This document shows positions 39,379 through 49,888 of a stretch of DNA of 64,000 nucleotides, piece after piece; position 1 is the first letter of the stretch; each line of letters opens with the position of its first letter. The translations under genes and the position numbers were made by a program. Under the pieces are notes generated by a model. It saw nothing but the letters and a program-made list of their open reading frames with translations. It ran no database searches and was not told where the DNA came from. The DNA lies in contig NW_027192197.1 in NCBI RefSeq assembly GCF_041956535.1, positions 631,829 through 695,828 of the forward strand. The letters are read 5' to 3'. The DNA is from Calcarisporiella thermophila CBS 279.70 (taxonomy: Eukaryota > Fungi > Calcarisporiellomycota).

Positions 39379-41019
39379 ATGAAAGAGACAACAATTAGTT
39401 CGAAAAAGCGATTTTCTGAAGCAACAAACTTGAAGCCGATAGAGGGAGAAATTGAGAGTCATTGCACTTAATGTAGCGAGAATGTAAGTTAGAAGTGTAA
39501 GAAGGCAAATTACTAAAATAATTTCGTGGCTAAACCCATGTTTTAATAGAGAGTGATGCGATATTTATCACCAAAGAATCCACTCTATAATGAAGAAGAG
39601 GCTATAGCATTCGAATATACACATTGTGGTATACATTTATGAATGGATTTACAATCAATCTACGATTGCTTAATTGAACAACTTTTTCGACTTTATAGGT
39701 CATAGCAAAAGCGAAATCCAACCATCTAACGCGTTTGCTGAAAAAGGAATCGCATTCACATGTCATATTGAAACTAAAGAAGACTTAAGACGTAAAGTTG
39801 TTACGACAAAATTTGCGAATATTAAGATATTCGAGGATGATATTGAATTGATATCTCACATACAAATATTTGGCATCCTAACGACGGTAGAAGGTTTGGT
39901 CAATAAGATAATTGAAAATTTATCTAGAGATGAATCCCTACGTAAACGATCAGAAAATGTTCCATATCAAAAACCAGATTCAATTGTTGCACGTTTGAGG
40001 CGCTACCTCAATAATGCAGAACCTTTCACCCTCGTTATCGAAGATCCTTCTGGATATTCTTATATCAAAAATCTCGGGAAACCAATAGGAGATCAAAAGT
40101 TAAAGGTTGACTACTATATCCGGACTCAAGATGAGCATTTAAGTTTACGCTCATCAAACAATGAACACTACCAGCAATCTGAATTCACACCCGAAATACA
40201 AGTTGAAGAAATTCCCCAGGAGGTAATGGCATTTGCTGCAAACTGTCCAGCGTGTAAAGCACCTAGTGAGACGCGGATGCATGTGATTGGCATACCATAT
40301 TTCAAAGAGATTGTTATTATGAGTACTAGATGCGATGCATGTGGATACAAGAGTAATGATATGAAAGTGCGTTTATTTGATATTGAGGTTTTATTAGCTA
40401 ATCAATTCGAATATGTCCATAAATTTAGTCTGGTGGTGCAATCTCACTTCGGGGAAAGAAAATCACTTTAAAAATAGTAAGAATCGAAGATATGTCGAGA
40501 GATCTTATAAAGGTACAAGTGCGATGAATGAGAGACCATTTATCATCTTGTGCACTAATAGTTACTCTGGTATATCCAAGTCAGAAACATGTGGACTTCA
40601 GGTACCCGAAATCCAGCTAGAATTGGCACAAGGAACTCTTGGTGGACGCTACACGACAGTTGAAGGTCTCCTGCTACAATTACATGATACACTTGAAAAG
40701 CTCTCTTTCCTTAATGTAGAATCAGCAATGAGTATCAATAACAAGCAACAGCTAATGGAAGAATTTCTTGAAAAATTACGCAATATCAAGTTTGGAGAAA
40801 TGCTACCGATTACTTTAATCCTTGATGATCCTTTGGCGAATTCTTACATTCAGAACTCGTTTGCTCCAGAAGAAGTAGACCTGTTATCTTTACACGTCCT
40901 CTCATTTGCTAAGACAATACTTTTTTTTTTAGGATTCTAATATGAAAATCGGATACTATGATCGCAGCTGGGAACAAAACGAGGAATTGGGACTAAATGA
41001 TTTAAAACCGTGCAACTAA
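39379..41019 (+). pseudogene. ZPR1: ZPR1 zinc-finger protein homolog with premature stop in zinc finger 1 (pseudogene or N-truncated paralog)
   Basis: Exon 1 reads 'EIESHCT*CSEN' (TAA 39469-39471). The second Cys pair reads 'FEYTHCG'. The C-terminal half is intact: 'CPACKAPSETRM..IPYFKEIVIMSTRCDACGYK', 'GTLGGRYTTVEGLL', 'DDPLANSYIQN', 'EELGLND'. Confidence 0.75.
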
Positions 41020-41783
41020 CGATGTAGCTAATTCACCAACGAGTATTAAAAGTCACCATGCTTGATATAGACCATTCGTCTATATACTGATTTCACAGAT
41101 GCATTTTTTACTGGAATGGATAGATATTGTCTGTATTTTAATTTGCCTTGTAATCTCCCATTGAATAGTTCAAGACTGATTAAATTTTTCTAAGGGTAAT
41201 CACTTAGTAATCTGGTGCCCAAAAATTCACACTATAATTAAGCACTCTTATAATTAATTGACTAGTATAAGTAGGGAGTTGGGTTTTATATGCGTGCACT
41301 ATATTCGAAGTCACGTCATTATTTCTCCAAGAAGCTTCTGGGCGATACTATAGTTTAACTTTCAAATATTCTGGGTATGCAAGACAATCTTAACGGAGGG
41401 CTATTTACAGTACTTTGTGTTTATATTGCGGAAACATATAGTCAACATACTTAATTGCAATTGGTAAGTGTACGAAGTATTCTCCATAATTCTTATACTT
41501 TTATCCCCTCGTCGATTGGTGACTCCGAATAAATTAAGGATTAATATATATCCGATATCCATCTACAGTACAATTCCATCTCTATGAAATGCGATAGAAA
41601 ATTTGAACAGATTGAAAGAGCGTGTCGAGTTTCCCATTTTTTTCGCTTAAACGGAAGCTCCAAAATTATGATTAATGGAAACATATAGGACTCCGAAACA
41701 TTTACGCATACCCTTTGCTCCATAGTTCTTTATATTCATATTAAAGCAATTTTATAAGGAACCATACAAAAGTGACAAAAAAC

Positions 41784-41857
41784 TGTTTTCGTCCGGGTTC
41801 GAACCGGAGACCTTACGCGTGTGAGGCGTACGTGATAACCAACTACACCACGAAAAC
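41784..41857 (-). tRNA. tRNA-Val(CAC): tRNA-Val (anticodon CAC)
   Basis: GTTTTCG/CGAAAAC acceptor stem, A box TGGTGTAGTTGG, anticodon arm TACGC-CTCACAC-GCGTA, B box GGTTCGAACCC, downstream oligo-T terminator. Confidence 0.97.
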
Positions 41858-41944
41858 TGCTGCTATCTCTTATAGAGACCATCGTTGAAAAATTTTTCAC
41901 TTAGAGAATATTATAACGACTTTTACAGCGTCCAATTTTTCCAC

Positions 41945-42696
41945 GGGGGAGGGTTAGTTNNNNNNNNNNNNNNNNNNNNNNNNNNNNNNNNNNNNNNNNN
42001 NNNNNNNNNNNNNNNNNNNNNNNNNNNNNNNNNNNNNNNNNNNNNNNNNNNNNNNNNNNNNNNNNNNNNNNNNNNNNNNNNNNNNNNNNNNNNNNNNNNN
42101 NNNNNNNNNNNNNNNNNNNNNNNNNNNNNNNNNNNNNNNNNNNNNNNNNNNNNNNNNNNNNNNNNNNNNNNNNNNNNNNNNNNNNNNNNNNNNNNNNNNN
42201 NNNNNNNNNNNNNNNNNNNNNNNNNNNNNNNNNNNNNNNNNNNNNNNNNNNNNNNNNNNNNNNNNNNNNNNNNNNNNNNNNNNNNNNNNNNNNNNNNNNN
42301 NNNNNNNNNNNNNNNNNNNNNNNNNNNNNNNNNNNNNNNNNNNNNNNNNNNNNNNNNNNNNNNNNNNNNNNNNNNNNNNNNNNNNNNNNNNNNNNNNNNN
42401 NNNNNNNNNNNNNNNNNNNNNNNNNNNNNNNNNNNNNNNNNNNNNNNCTTAGTTTGTGACTGCTATCCACTTGATCAGAAGCTGAGTCTTGATTATTGAA
42501 AAGATCGCCCTTACGATAAGTACAAAAGATTACATCGGTTCCACGTACATGCTATTCACGACAACTACGATACACGCATATCGATTGAAAGTCTATCGAT
42601 CAAGGGCCTATATCTCGTTATGTTAAGTCCATTGACATTAACTTCATGTAATATATGGAAATTAAATAAAAGTTTCCATTGATTGATCAAAAAAAA
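41945..42696 (+). mobile_element. Poly(A)-tailed retroelement insertion 1 (spans assembly gap)
   Basis: Flanked by the 15-bp duplication gtccaatttttccac (41930-41944 and 42697-42711); ends with AATAAA...TTGATTGATC-A8. Confidence 0.7.
41960..42447. other. Assembly gap (488 N)
   Basis: Run of N. Confidence 1.
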
Positions 42697-42729
42697 GTCC
42701 AATTTTTCCACCCTTGGACGGAAAGGTGT

Positions 42730-42914
42730 TCCATATTCTTTTCCTCTCTTGTATAATACCGTCCTTGAAAAATAGGATGGTATTCATACGATCAACCACT
42801 ACTTACATGTATTTCTCCTGACAATTTTTTTTTGAGAGTATTTCTCCTGACAAGGCACTATACTAACTTAAAAAGATACTTTTCAATAAAGATCCATAAA
42901 TCTCAAAAAAAAAA
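42730..42914 (+). mobile_element. 185-bp poly(A)-tailed insertion (5'-truncated LINE 3' UTR or SINE-like)
   Basis: AATAAA plus A10 tail; perfect 15-bp TSD tggacggaaaggtgt at 42715-42729 and 42915-42929. Confidence 0.8.
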
Positions 42915-43616
42915 ATGGACGGAAAGGTGTATCAACACCATATCAGGCCCCCTAAACACTCAGGTGCTGAGCCCCAGGAACCTCGTACTTGGCGACCTAC
43001 CAGAAGCCCCAAGGACAGTAAGACACGCGGCTCAAATCATCTTCGATTCGATGTTATGGCAAATCCATCGGGACCGAATCGCCTACCATTTCGAATGCAC
43101 TCGAGCATCACCCGAGACAATCATCCTCCGTGCCAAAATGGACATCGAGGAGGCTATCGGAGGTGAACTGATAAAGGCACGAAAAAGACGAGAGGTAGAG
43201 TTATTCCGAAGAAGGTGGTGCAGTCAGGGAGCGGTAATAGAAAGTTCGGATAGAGCAAGACTAAAACAGGAGTGACGAAGCAACCCTTCCTCTCCCCCTA
43301 TCCGCTCTTTACCTTCTCTCCTCCTCTTTACTTCATATCTCTCACCAAATACCCGTTCACTATATACAACTATTCTACCCTTTATTCCCTTGCTCCACGT
43401 TTATCACCTTCTCTATGTTCTTACCCCCTTGCGTTTCTTTGCTTTCTTCTCTTCCCTCCTTTTTGGGCTAACATAAATTGTCAAAATCCAAGTTCCACCT
43501 TGCCACCTAACTATATCCCCACCCCTTTATTCCCCCCTTTCATCTTTTATTGTAATCATTAAACTCTTATAAGCTACGGAAACTAATAAAAGTCTCCGTT
43601 GATTGATCAAAAAAAA
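42915..43616 (+). mobile_element. 5'-truncated L1-clade LINE: ORF2 C-terminus, pyrimidine-rich 3' UTR, poly(A)
   Basis: 'MLWQIHRDRIAYHFE' matches the W.IW..RN...F motif of L1/Tx1 ORF2 C-termini; stop at 43275; A8 at 43609-43616 followed by gtccaatttttccgccctt. Confidence 0.75.
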
Positions 43617-43635
43617 GTCCAATTTTTCCGCCCTT

Positions 43636-45116
43636 TATTCACTTACTCCGTCCTCTTGGACAACGAAAAAGCATATGATCCCATAGATCGAGAATGGCTA
43701 ATCCACTGCCTACAAGCGTTCGGTTTTGGTGAGAAATTCACCAGATTGATAAAGTCTATCTACACGAATAACCAAGCATCGCTCATCCTCAACAATCACT
43801 TAACAACTCCATTCCCAGTTAATCAAGGGGTAAGACAAGGGGATCCTCTTTCTCCACTTCTATACAATATAGTCATAGAGCCACTCCTAATCAAACTAAG
43901 GAGCGTGATCAGCGGAATAAAGATACCCAACATTCCGAGTATTGTAACAACTGCCTTTGCGAATGATATCACGGTGGCAGTAGCTGATCAACGAGACGCC
44001 GACACACTGTTCGAGGTAATAGACAGATTTCAGCGAGCTTTCAACTCCAAGGTCAATCGCCAGAAATCGGAAGCAGTCCCCTTAAGCCAACACACAAGAC
44101 TGCACTTACAACTACCATGCCGTTATATACAGGAAGAGGGATCCTTCACTCTGCTGGGAATGCCCTTTAACACAAAGGTCATCTTCCCGAGGGAAAGCTA
44201 CTTCGAAGAATTGAGAGCCAAGTTACAAAAGACCGTCGAATCATGGAAAACGAAATCACTATCACTGATAAGAAAAGTCCATCTTGTAAACTCCCGCCTG
44301 CTCTCTAAACTATGGTACATATCTCAACTTATACCTCCTCCACCAAAATTCCTAAAGTGCGTGAACAATATCATAAGGAGCTTTATCTGGGGAGGAAGGC
44401 GCCCACAGATATCTATGGAAATCCTCTAACAACCATCAGGACAAGCCCTGGGGCTCATTAACCCGAAGTATCAAACCGACGCGATACTGGCCACGTGGTT
44501 TCAAAGAATGGCTACAGCAATGTCTACGGGAATCCGCCCAATTTAGGTGCAACTCACCATACACATATTCGAAAAGTTCTACGCTCCAGCTGGAATGAGA
44601 GTGGGTATCCTGGCAACGCAGTACACACAACGCAAGCTCATCCGAACAGATGGTATATGGCCTCACCTACTGAGAGTATGGAGAAGTTTGGACGGCATAT
44701 TAGATCTCACCCAGAAATTCAACATCGAAGAAACGCTCTCTCTTCCCATAAACAACAACTCTTACTTCACAATGGGCGGATGTCCATTAAAATCGAAAGG
44801 CGAAAGTGTAGGACTGGTCAAACTAGGTGACTTCTTTAAACTCAACCGAAGGACTAATACATACAAACCGATGGTAGAACCATAAGTCCATGAATACGTG
44901 GCGAGAAATTCCGATCAATATTCCAGCCGATTTAGAGACAGCTACATAGTTCTTCAGTGGCACTGGAGGAAACGAGAGATCCAATTGACCCCACAACTGG
45001 CTGATGCCCTGCTACAAGGTATACCACAGATTGAAGGACCACGCACGTTCCCGCTGGGTAAATGTGTGCTAGCTGGCACAAAGATCAAAAACTTCCGTAC
45101 AAAAATCGAAAAATAA
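43636..45116 (+). mobile_element. Degenerate L1/Tx1-clade LINE reverse transcriptase fragment
   Basis: 'LLDNEKAYD', 'GVRQGDPLSPLLYNIVIEPL', 'AFANDIT' (YADD position), 'KVNRQKS', 'LVNSRLLSKLWY', 'FIWGG'; stops and frameshifts after 44429. Confidence 0.93.
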
Positions 45117-46153
45117 AGTAAATAAGGTAAAGCTAAGGATAAATAAACGACATCGTAAAAAATCTCGGATCTCTACAAGATAAAGATGTAAGCATATGGA
45201 AAGAATCAAAAATGCAATAATATTAAGAATGTAGCAAATGAAATATATTTCAATTTATCATAACTCGCGAATATTGCACGTTATACTTGAATCCCTAATG
45301 CAGCTGTGTATCTAGATGACATACATGCACATCAAAATAAAAATAAACACCCATATACCTCAGATAAACACCCCAGATACTACAAGACAATAAACTATGC
45401 TAAACCAGGTAATCGCTATAATATATCGAATTCCTTAAAAAAAAGTGTTAGGTATATTATCTCTTTTGTTCATTCATTCATTCATAACATATAGTGCTAT
45501 GAATACAATAAAAACAAGCGACTAAAATTATAGGTGATGATATAAACAATGCTTGTGATAAACTCATGTTATGAGAGGCCAGTACGGTACTAGAGAAAAT
45601 ACCTCATCGCTCTGTCACCTATCTCTTCATCTAATAATTTGTCTGAGAAAACTGGATTACTTGGAACCTAAACATGTTTATGTTTGAGCTATAAAACTCT
45701 TAGTAAATCGCGTGATATCCGAACGAGCTTGGTATCAAGTTTATTACCTCATATTTGAAAGCTTTTGTAATGTATGAAAGTGAGGTATATCTCCTAATTT
45801 ATATGCCTGCGAGCTCAGTTTCTATTGGTATGATGATGGGGGATCGTATTTCCACATAAATTAGTGGTATGCTGAAAAAGTTAGATAGGGTGATAGGCGT
45901 TACTTGTATCCAAAACAAATTATGCTCAAGAATTTCCCAAGTTAAAAATTCTTTTAGCTTCTTAGCCAGCCTAATAATACAGCGAAAAACCATTCATTCG
46001 ATCGTTCATATTATTTAGAATTAAGCCTTCCTAAACTTAAAATATCATTTTGATAATTGACAGAATATCGCCAGTCCCTTCCAGTCAAAGAAAAATATGT
46101 ATATCAACAACCTTATACACAATCAGAAAAAAAAAGTATTATGTAGGCAGAAC

Positions 46154-47524
46154 TCATGGCGAGACATTGCCAGACATATTTTCCTTGCGGGCTGCCGTCA
46201 ATGCGGAGCACTGCTCACGATGCAACATCTTCCAATGCTGCTTCTGGCAGTCACGCGAGCAATAAACTGCGGCTTTGCAGCTTGAGCAAACCAGTAATGG
46301 CTTATCCTGGTCGTCTTTGCGTTTGGTGGCGGAGCACTGCATGCACCCGCTGGGCTGCTGCGGTTGTTGAGGGTTGTTTAGCTCATTCTTACGTTTTGCG
46401 GCCTGCAGTGCATTAAAACGTTTGAAAAGGTCATGGAGGTACGAATCTGAATCGGGTAGCGGCTCGCCAGTGGGGTGCTCTCCAAAATTCTCCAGGGCCG
46501 CGCGGCGGATCTCATTTGAATCAGGGCGGCGACCGTATAAATGCTCATAACGCTCTTCAGCCTTTTTTGCACGATCGAAATAGTCGTACGCGAGGCGATC
46601 GGTAATACGCTTCGTACCCCCCCGTTGCTTGCTTTGCTTTTTCTGCTGCTCTTGTTCTTTATTATACAGAAGGTTGGATAGTGCATAGAGGGAGGTCGAG
46701 TAGTTTTTCGCATCAGGATGAGCTTGATCGACATATGTCTTCAAGCATCGAATTGCCTCGAATCGATCGGAAAGCGCCTGCTGCACTGTTCCCAATAGGA
46801 ATAGTGCATCCGTGTAGTTGGGATTATACTGTAGAGTCTGCTTGAGATCGCGCACAGCGCGACGTTGTTCTCCCATTTGCACGTAGCATAGCGCGCGGAG
46901 GTAGTGAAGACGGGGAAGATCACTCGGGTAATCTTTGGAAAAGTGGTCAATGGCAATAGTCAAAGTATTAACGCAGTGATGATACTGGCGACCTGTAAGC
47001 AGAATCCAAGCACTGAAGAGAATGGATTCACGAGTGAATTCCAGGTTTTCACTCTCGCTTATAGCCTCAACTTTGTTGTTGTCGGCCTCCGTCTTCTTGG
47101 ATTCGTCCTCGCTAGACAAAGCTTTCTCGTATTGTTGTCCCAGACAAATTACTCGCTCTGTCAATGATACGGCTTTCTCGTGCTTCAGCCACGCATTGAC
47201 TATCAATTCTGTTGCTTCCACGATTTTCGCTTTATTCTCGTCAAGTACCTTCCGCTCTAAATCCGAGGGAACATCGGCCACAATTTTTAGAGCACGTTCG
47301 AAGTGCTCCTTGGCTTCGAAATAGGCCGCGACATCTGGATCAGTTGTCTCATCTCGGCGATTACGCTCGACGAGAGCTTCGTAGTCGCTGCGGCGTTGCG
47401 CCGTTTGTTGAAGAGCCTTTGCGAATTCTTGCGTGGCAAGTGTCTGATCTTTAGGAATGTCGCGCTCCATTTGCTCGACGAATTCCTGGACCGCCTTTTC
47501 CTTAGAATTGACAGGAACAACCAT
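46154..47524 (-). CDS. TPR-repeat protein with C-terminal MYND zinc finger (intronless)
   Basis: TPR-like 'LHYLRALCYVQMGEQRRAVRDLKQTLQYNPNYTDALFLLG'; MYND 'CMQC...CSSCKAAVYCSRDCQKQHWKMLHREQC'. Confidence 0.85.
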   Translation of the reverse strand: MVVPVNSKEKAVQEFVEQMERDIPKDQTLATQEFAKALQQTAQRRSDYEALVERNRRDETTDPDVAAYFEAKEHFERALKIVADVPSDLERKVLDENKAKIVEATELIVNAWLKHEKAVSLTERVICLGQQYEKALSSEDESKKTEADNNKVEAISESENLEFTRESILFSAWILLTGRQYHHCVNTLTIAIDHFSKDYPSDLPRLHYLRALCYVQMGEQRRAVRDLKQTLQYNPNYTDALFLLGTVQQALSDRFEAIRCLKTYVDQAHPDAKNYSTSLYALSNLLYNKEQEQQKKQSKQRGGTKRITDRLAYDYFDRAKKAEERYEHLYGRRPDSNEIRRAALENFGEHPTGEPLPDSDSYLHDLFKRFNALQAAKRKNELNNPQQPQQPSGCMQCSATKRKDDQDKPLLVCSSCKAAVYCSRDCQKQHWKMLHREQCSALTAARKENMSGNVSP

Positions 47525-47981
47525 TTTGGGCAAAATGTGTTGGAAATCGAATAGTAATGTAGAAAAACAGAAGCGACACGTAAATTCTACAAGAGGAGAG
47601 TTCTTATAAATATCGTCTCTCTATTGAGTGTAAAAGACAGAGAGAATAGTGCTAAAAGAAGGGATACAAAAACAGAAGATGTTTGCAAGTTGAAATGTGC
47701 CTCCTTGTGTTAGCCAACCAGCAAAGCAAAAAAGGATGAACTTGAGCAAGAGTAAAATGAAAAGGGGAGCAAAGGGAAGTGATAATTCACAAAAAGAGTT
47801 ATACTCAGATCAAAAAATACCTTTCTCACCAACCAATCCATGCGATCCACGGCTAACCTACCCTCAACCAGCCCAGACTGTTTCCCCCACCCCCTCGTCT
47901 CCCTTTTGTTTACACAACCACACTTTAAAAAAACTGTATTCTCTTATCCGATCACCCCTGCAACCCACATAAATTAATACA

Positions 47982-48668
47982 ATGTCTTTTCAATCTGACG
48001 ATCGAAACTCCCAATATAGCTACTCAACCGCCAGCAATGACTACAGCTCTGAGAATACTGTGCAGGATTTCTTGGGTGGTGCTACTTTCGACCCGTCAAA
48101 GCTGCATCCCATGGCAAATCTCGGTGGCATTGATTACCTGAACCTCGATGATCAGTATGGCGGACGTCCTTCCGGTGCAGGGCATAGTGCACTACCCAGC
48201 AGAGGCTGGACAGACGATCTGTGCTACGGGACTGGAACCACCTATTTGATTGGTAAAATCTTTGAACGTCTTGTGATTTTCCTTGTCTAACCAAAATTTT
48301 CGCGCTTCCACTTTCAATTTCTAGGTTTATCTTCAGGGGGTATTTGGGGCTTTACCGAAGGTATTCGCAAGGCATCCCTTCCTAGCAACAATTTCCGAAT
48401 TCGCCTGAATGCAGTGCTAAATTCCATGACGAAGCGAGGACCATTTGTTGGCAATTCAGTGGGAGTGCTTGCTATGATGTACAATGGGATCAACAGTATG
48501 ATCGGGGCATCGCGGGGGAAACATGATATGGCGAATAGTGTTGCTGCTGGGGCACTGAGCGGTATTATCTTCCGAAGCACTGCTGGTGTTCGCGCTGCTG
48601 GGACTGCTGGTGCTGTGTGTGCGACTGTTGCTGGAGTATGGAGTGCTGGTAAAAAGTATATTCTGTGA
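47982..48668 (+). CDS. TIM23: Mitochondrial import translocase subunit Tim23
   Basis: 'LPSRGWTDDLCYGTGTTYL', 'RLNAVLNSMTKRGPFVGNSVGVLAMMYNGINS..RGKHD'; one intron. Confidence 0.95.
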
Positions 48669-48911
48669 GATGTTTATATGTAGAGGTTTTTCTTTCCTTT
48701 TTTCACATCCGCAAAAGTAATATCTATTATATAAACCACTCCCTGTTCTGTAATATATATCATCTTCCTTTTTTTTTGTCTACTTTTTATTTTTTTTTTT
48801 ATTGTGATGTGATTAGACTTTATAAAAAATACAGAAAGTATCGTACAATTGATTTTGCTAGTATCTTTAGTAGGTTGCTCATAATCACCGAGATAGGGTG
48901 TCTGGAATCTT

Positions 48912-49561
48912 ATGTCAGCTCCACAGAAAACTTACCAATCAGCCCTTTGCATTCTAATTCCTACCCAGTTCCATCCTTCGATCCAACGTGTGCGGCAGGA
49001 ACATGATCGCCATTTCCAACGATGGATGCCCCATATTAACGTGTATTAATCTCATCGAGCTCTGTCTCTAAATCAAACAAAAAATTCATTCATTTAAATA
49101 TTTCGACACTTTATAGGATCTACCCTTTTCTCCCAGAATCAGCTTTCGAGGAAAATCTCCCTACCCTTTCTAGCCTTCTCAACGATATCGCACCTTTCCA
49201 TATCCGCCTTACAACACTTGGCAAATTCACACATTCCAAGTCTGAAACCGTCTTTCTTCGTCCAGATACAACTCCCTTACGCTCCCTTGAGGCACTTGAA
49301 TCTAGGCTTGTTGCTCTATTTCCACACCTAGGCGAACAGAGACAGTTTGGTGAATACACACCCCATTTATCACTTGGTCAGATTTTGAAAAAAGGGCGGA
49401 GAAGTAAGCCTGACGAAAGTTGGGTAGAGGACACAAGAAGAGAGTTTAGTGAGAACCCGGTTGAGTTCTATGTAGACGAAGTTGCACTTATCTCACGAAG
49501 AGGGTTCCATGACCCTTTTGATATACGATTCCGTGTTGCGCTCGGCAAACAAAATATCTAA
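48912..49561 (+). CDS. 2H phosphoesterase / 2'-5' RNA ligase-family protein (LENG9-like)
   Basis: Exons 48912-49042 and 49117-49561: 'SALCILIP..IQRVRQEHDRHFQRWMPHINV|IYPF' and 'YTPHLSLGQ'. Absent from the ORF track. Confidence 0.85.
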
Positions 49562-49888
49562 AAGAAAACCAGCGTCCTTCTTGGGGCCGTGTATTCGCAA
49601 ACAAATAAATAAAAAAAAACGCTACGAAACAGAGAGTAACAAAAGTAGATAAGAATACAATTGCAAGAGGTATGGCGGGATTAAGGAAGAAGGGGGTGCC
49701 AATAGCACAAGCGCGAAATAGAATATTCACGCTATCACGAAACAACGTCAAATAAGAAAATGGTATAGCAAGGATGCAGGGGAGCCTAAATAAATAATTA
49801 TCCTTATTTTTATAAAAGTATATAAAAAGCGGAAGTAAAGAGCAGAGAAATGTAAAAAACGTAAGAGCCGGAGAGTTTGGTTTCCCAG

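Noticed and set aside
39469-39471. Recoding (selenocysteine) at the ZPR1 in-frame stop
   Set aside because: The codon is TAA, not TGA, and it lies between the cysteines rather than at a Cys position; no SECIS seen.
41945-41959. Telomere-like agggttag beside the gap
   Set aside because: Only about one unit is visible; cannot support a telomeric repeat.
41885-42499. ORFs of 204 and 189 aa
   Set aside because: Artefacts of translating through the N gap.
41930-43635. Recurring 15-51 bp repeats read as a CRISPR-like array
   Set aside because: Eukaryotic context, spacing of 700-900 bp, and preceding poly(A) tails; better explained as TSDs.
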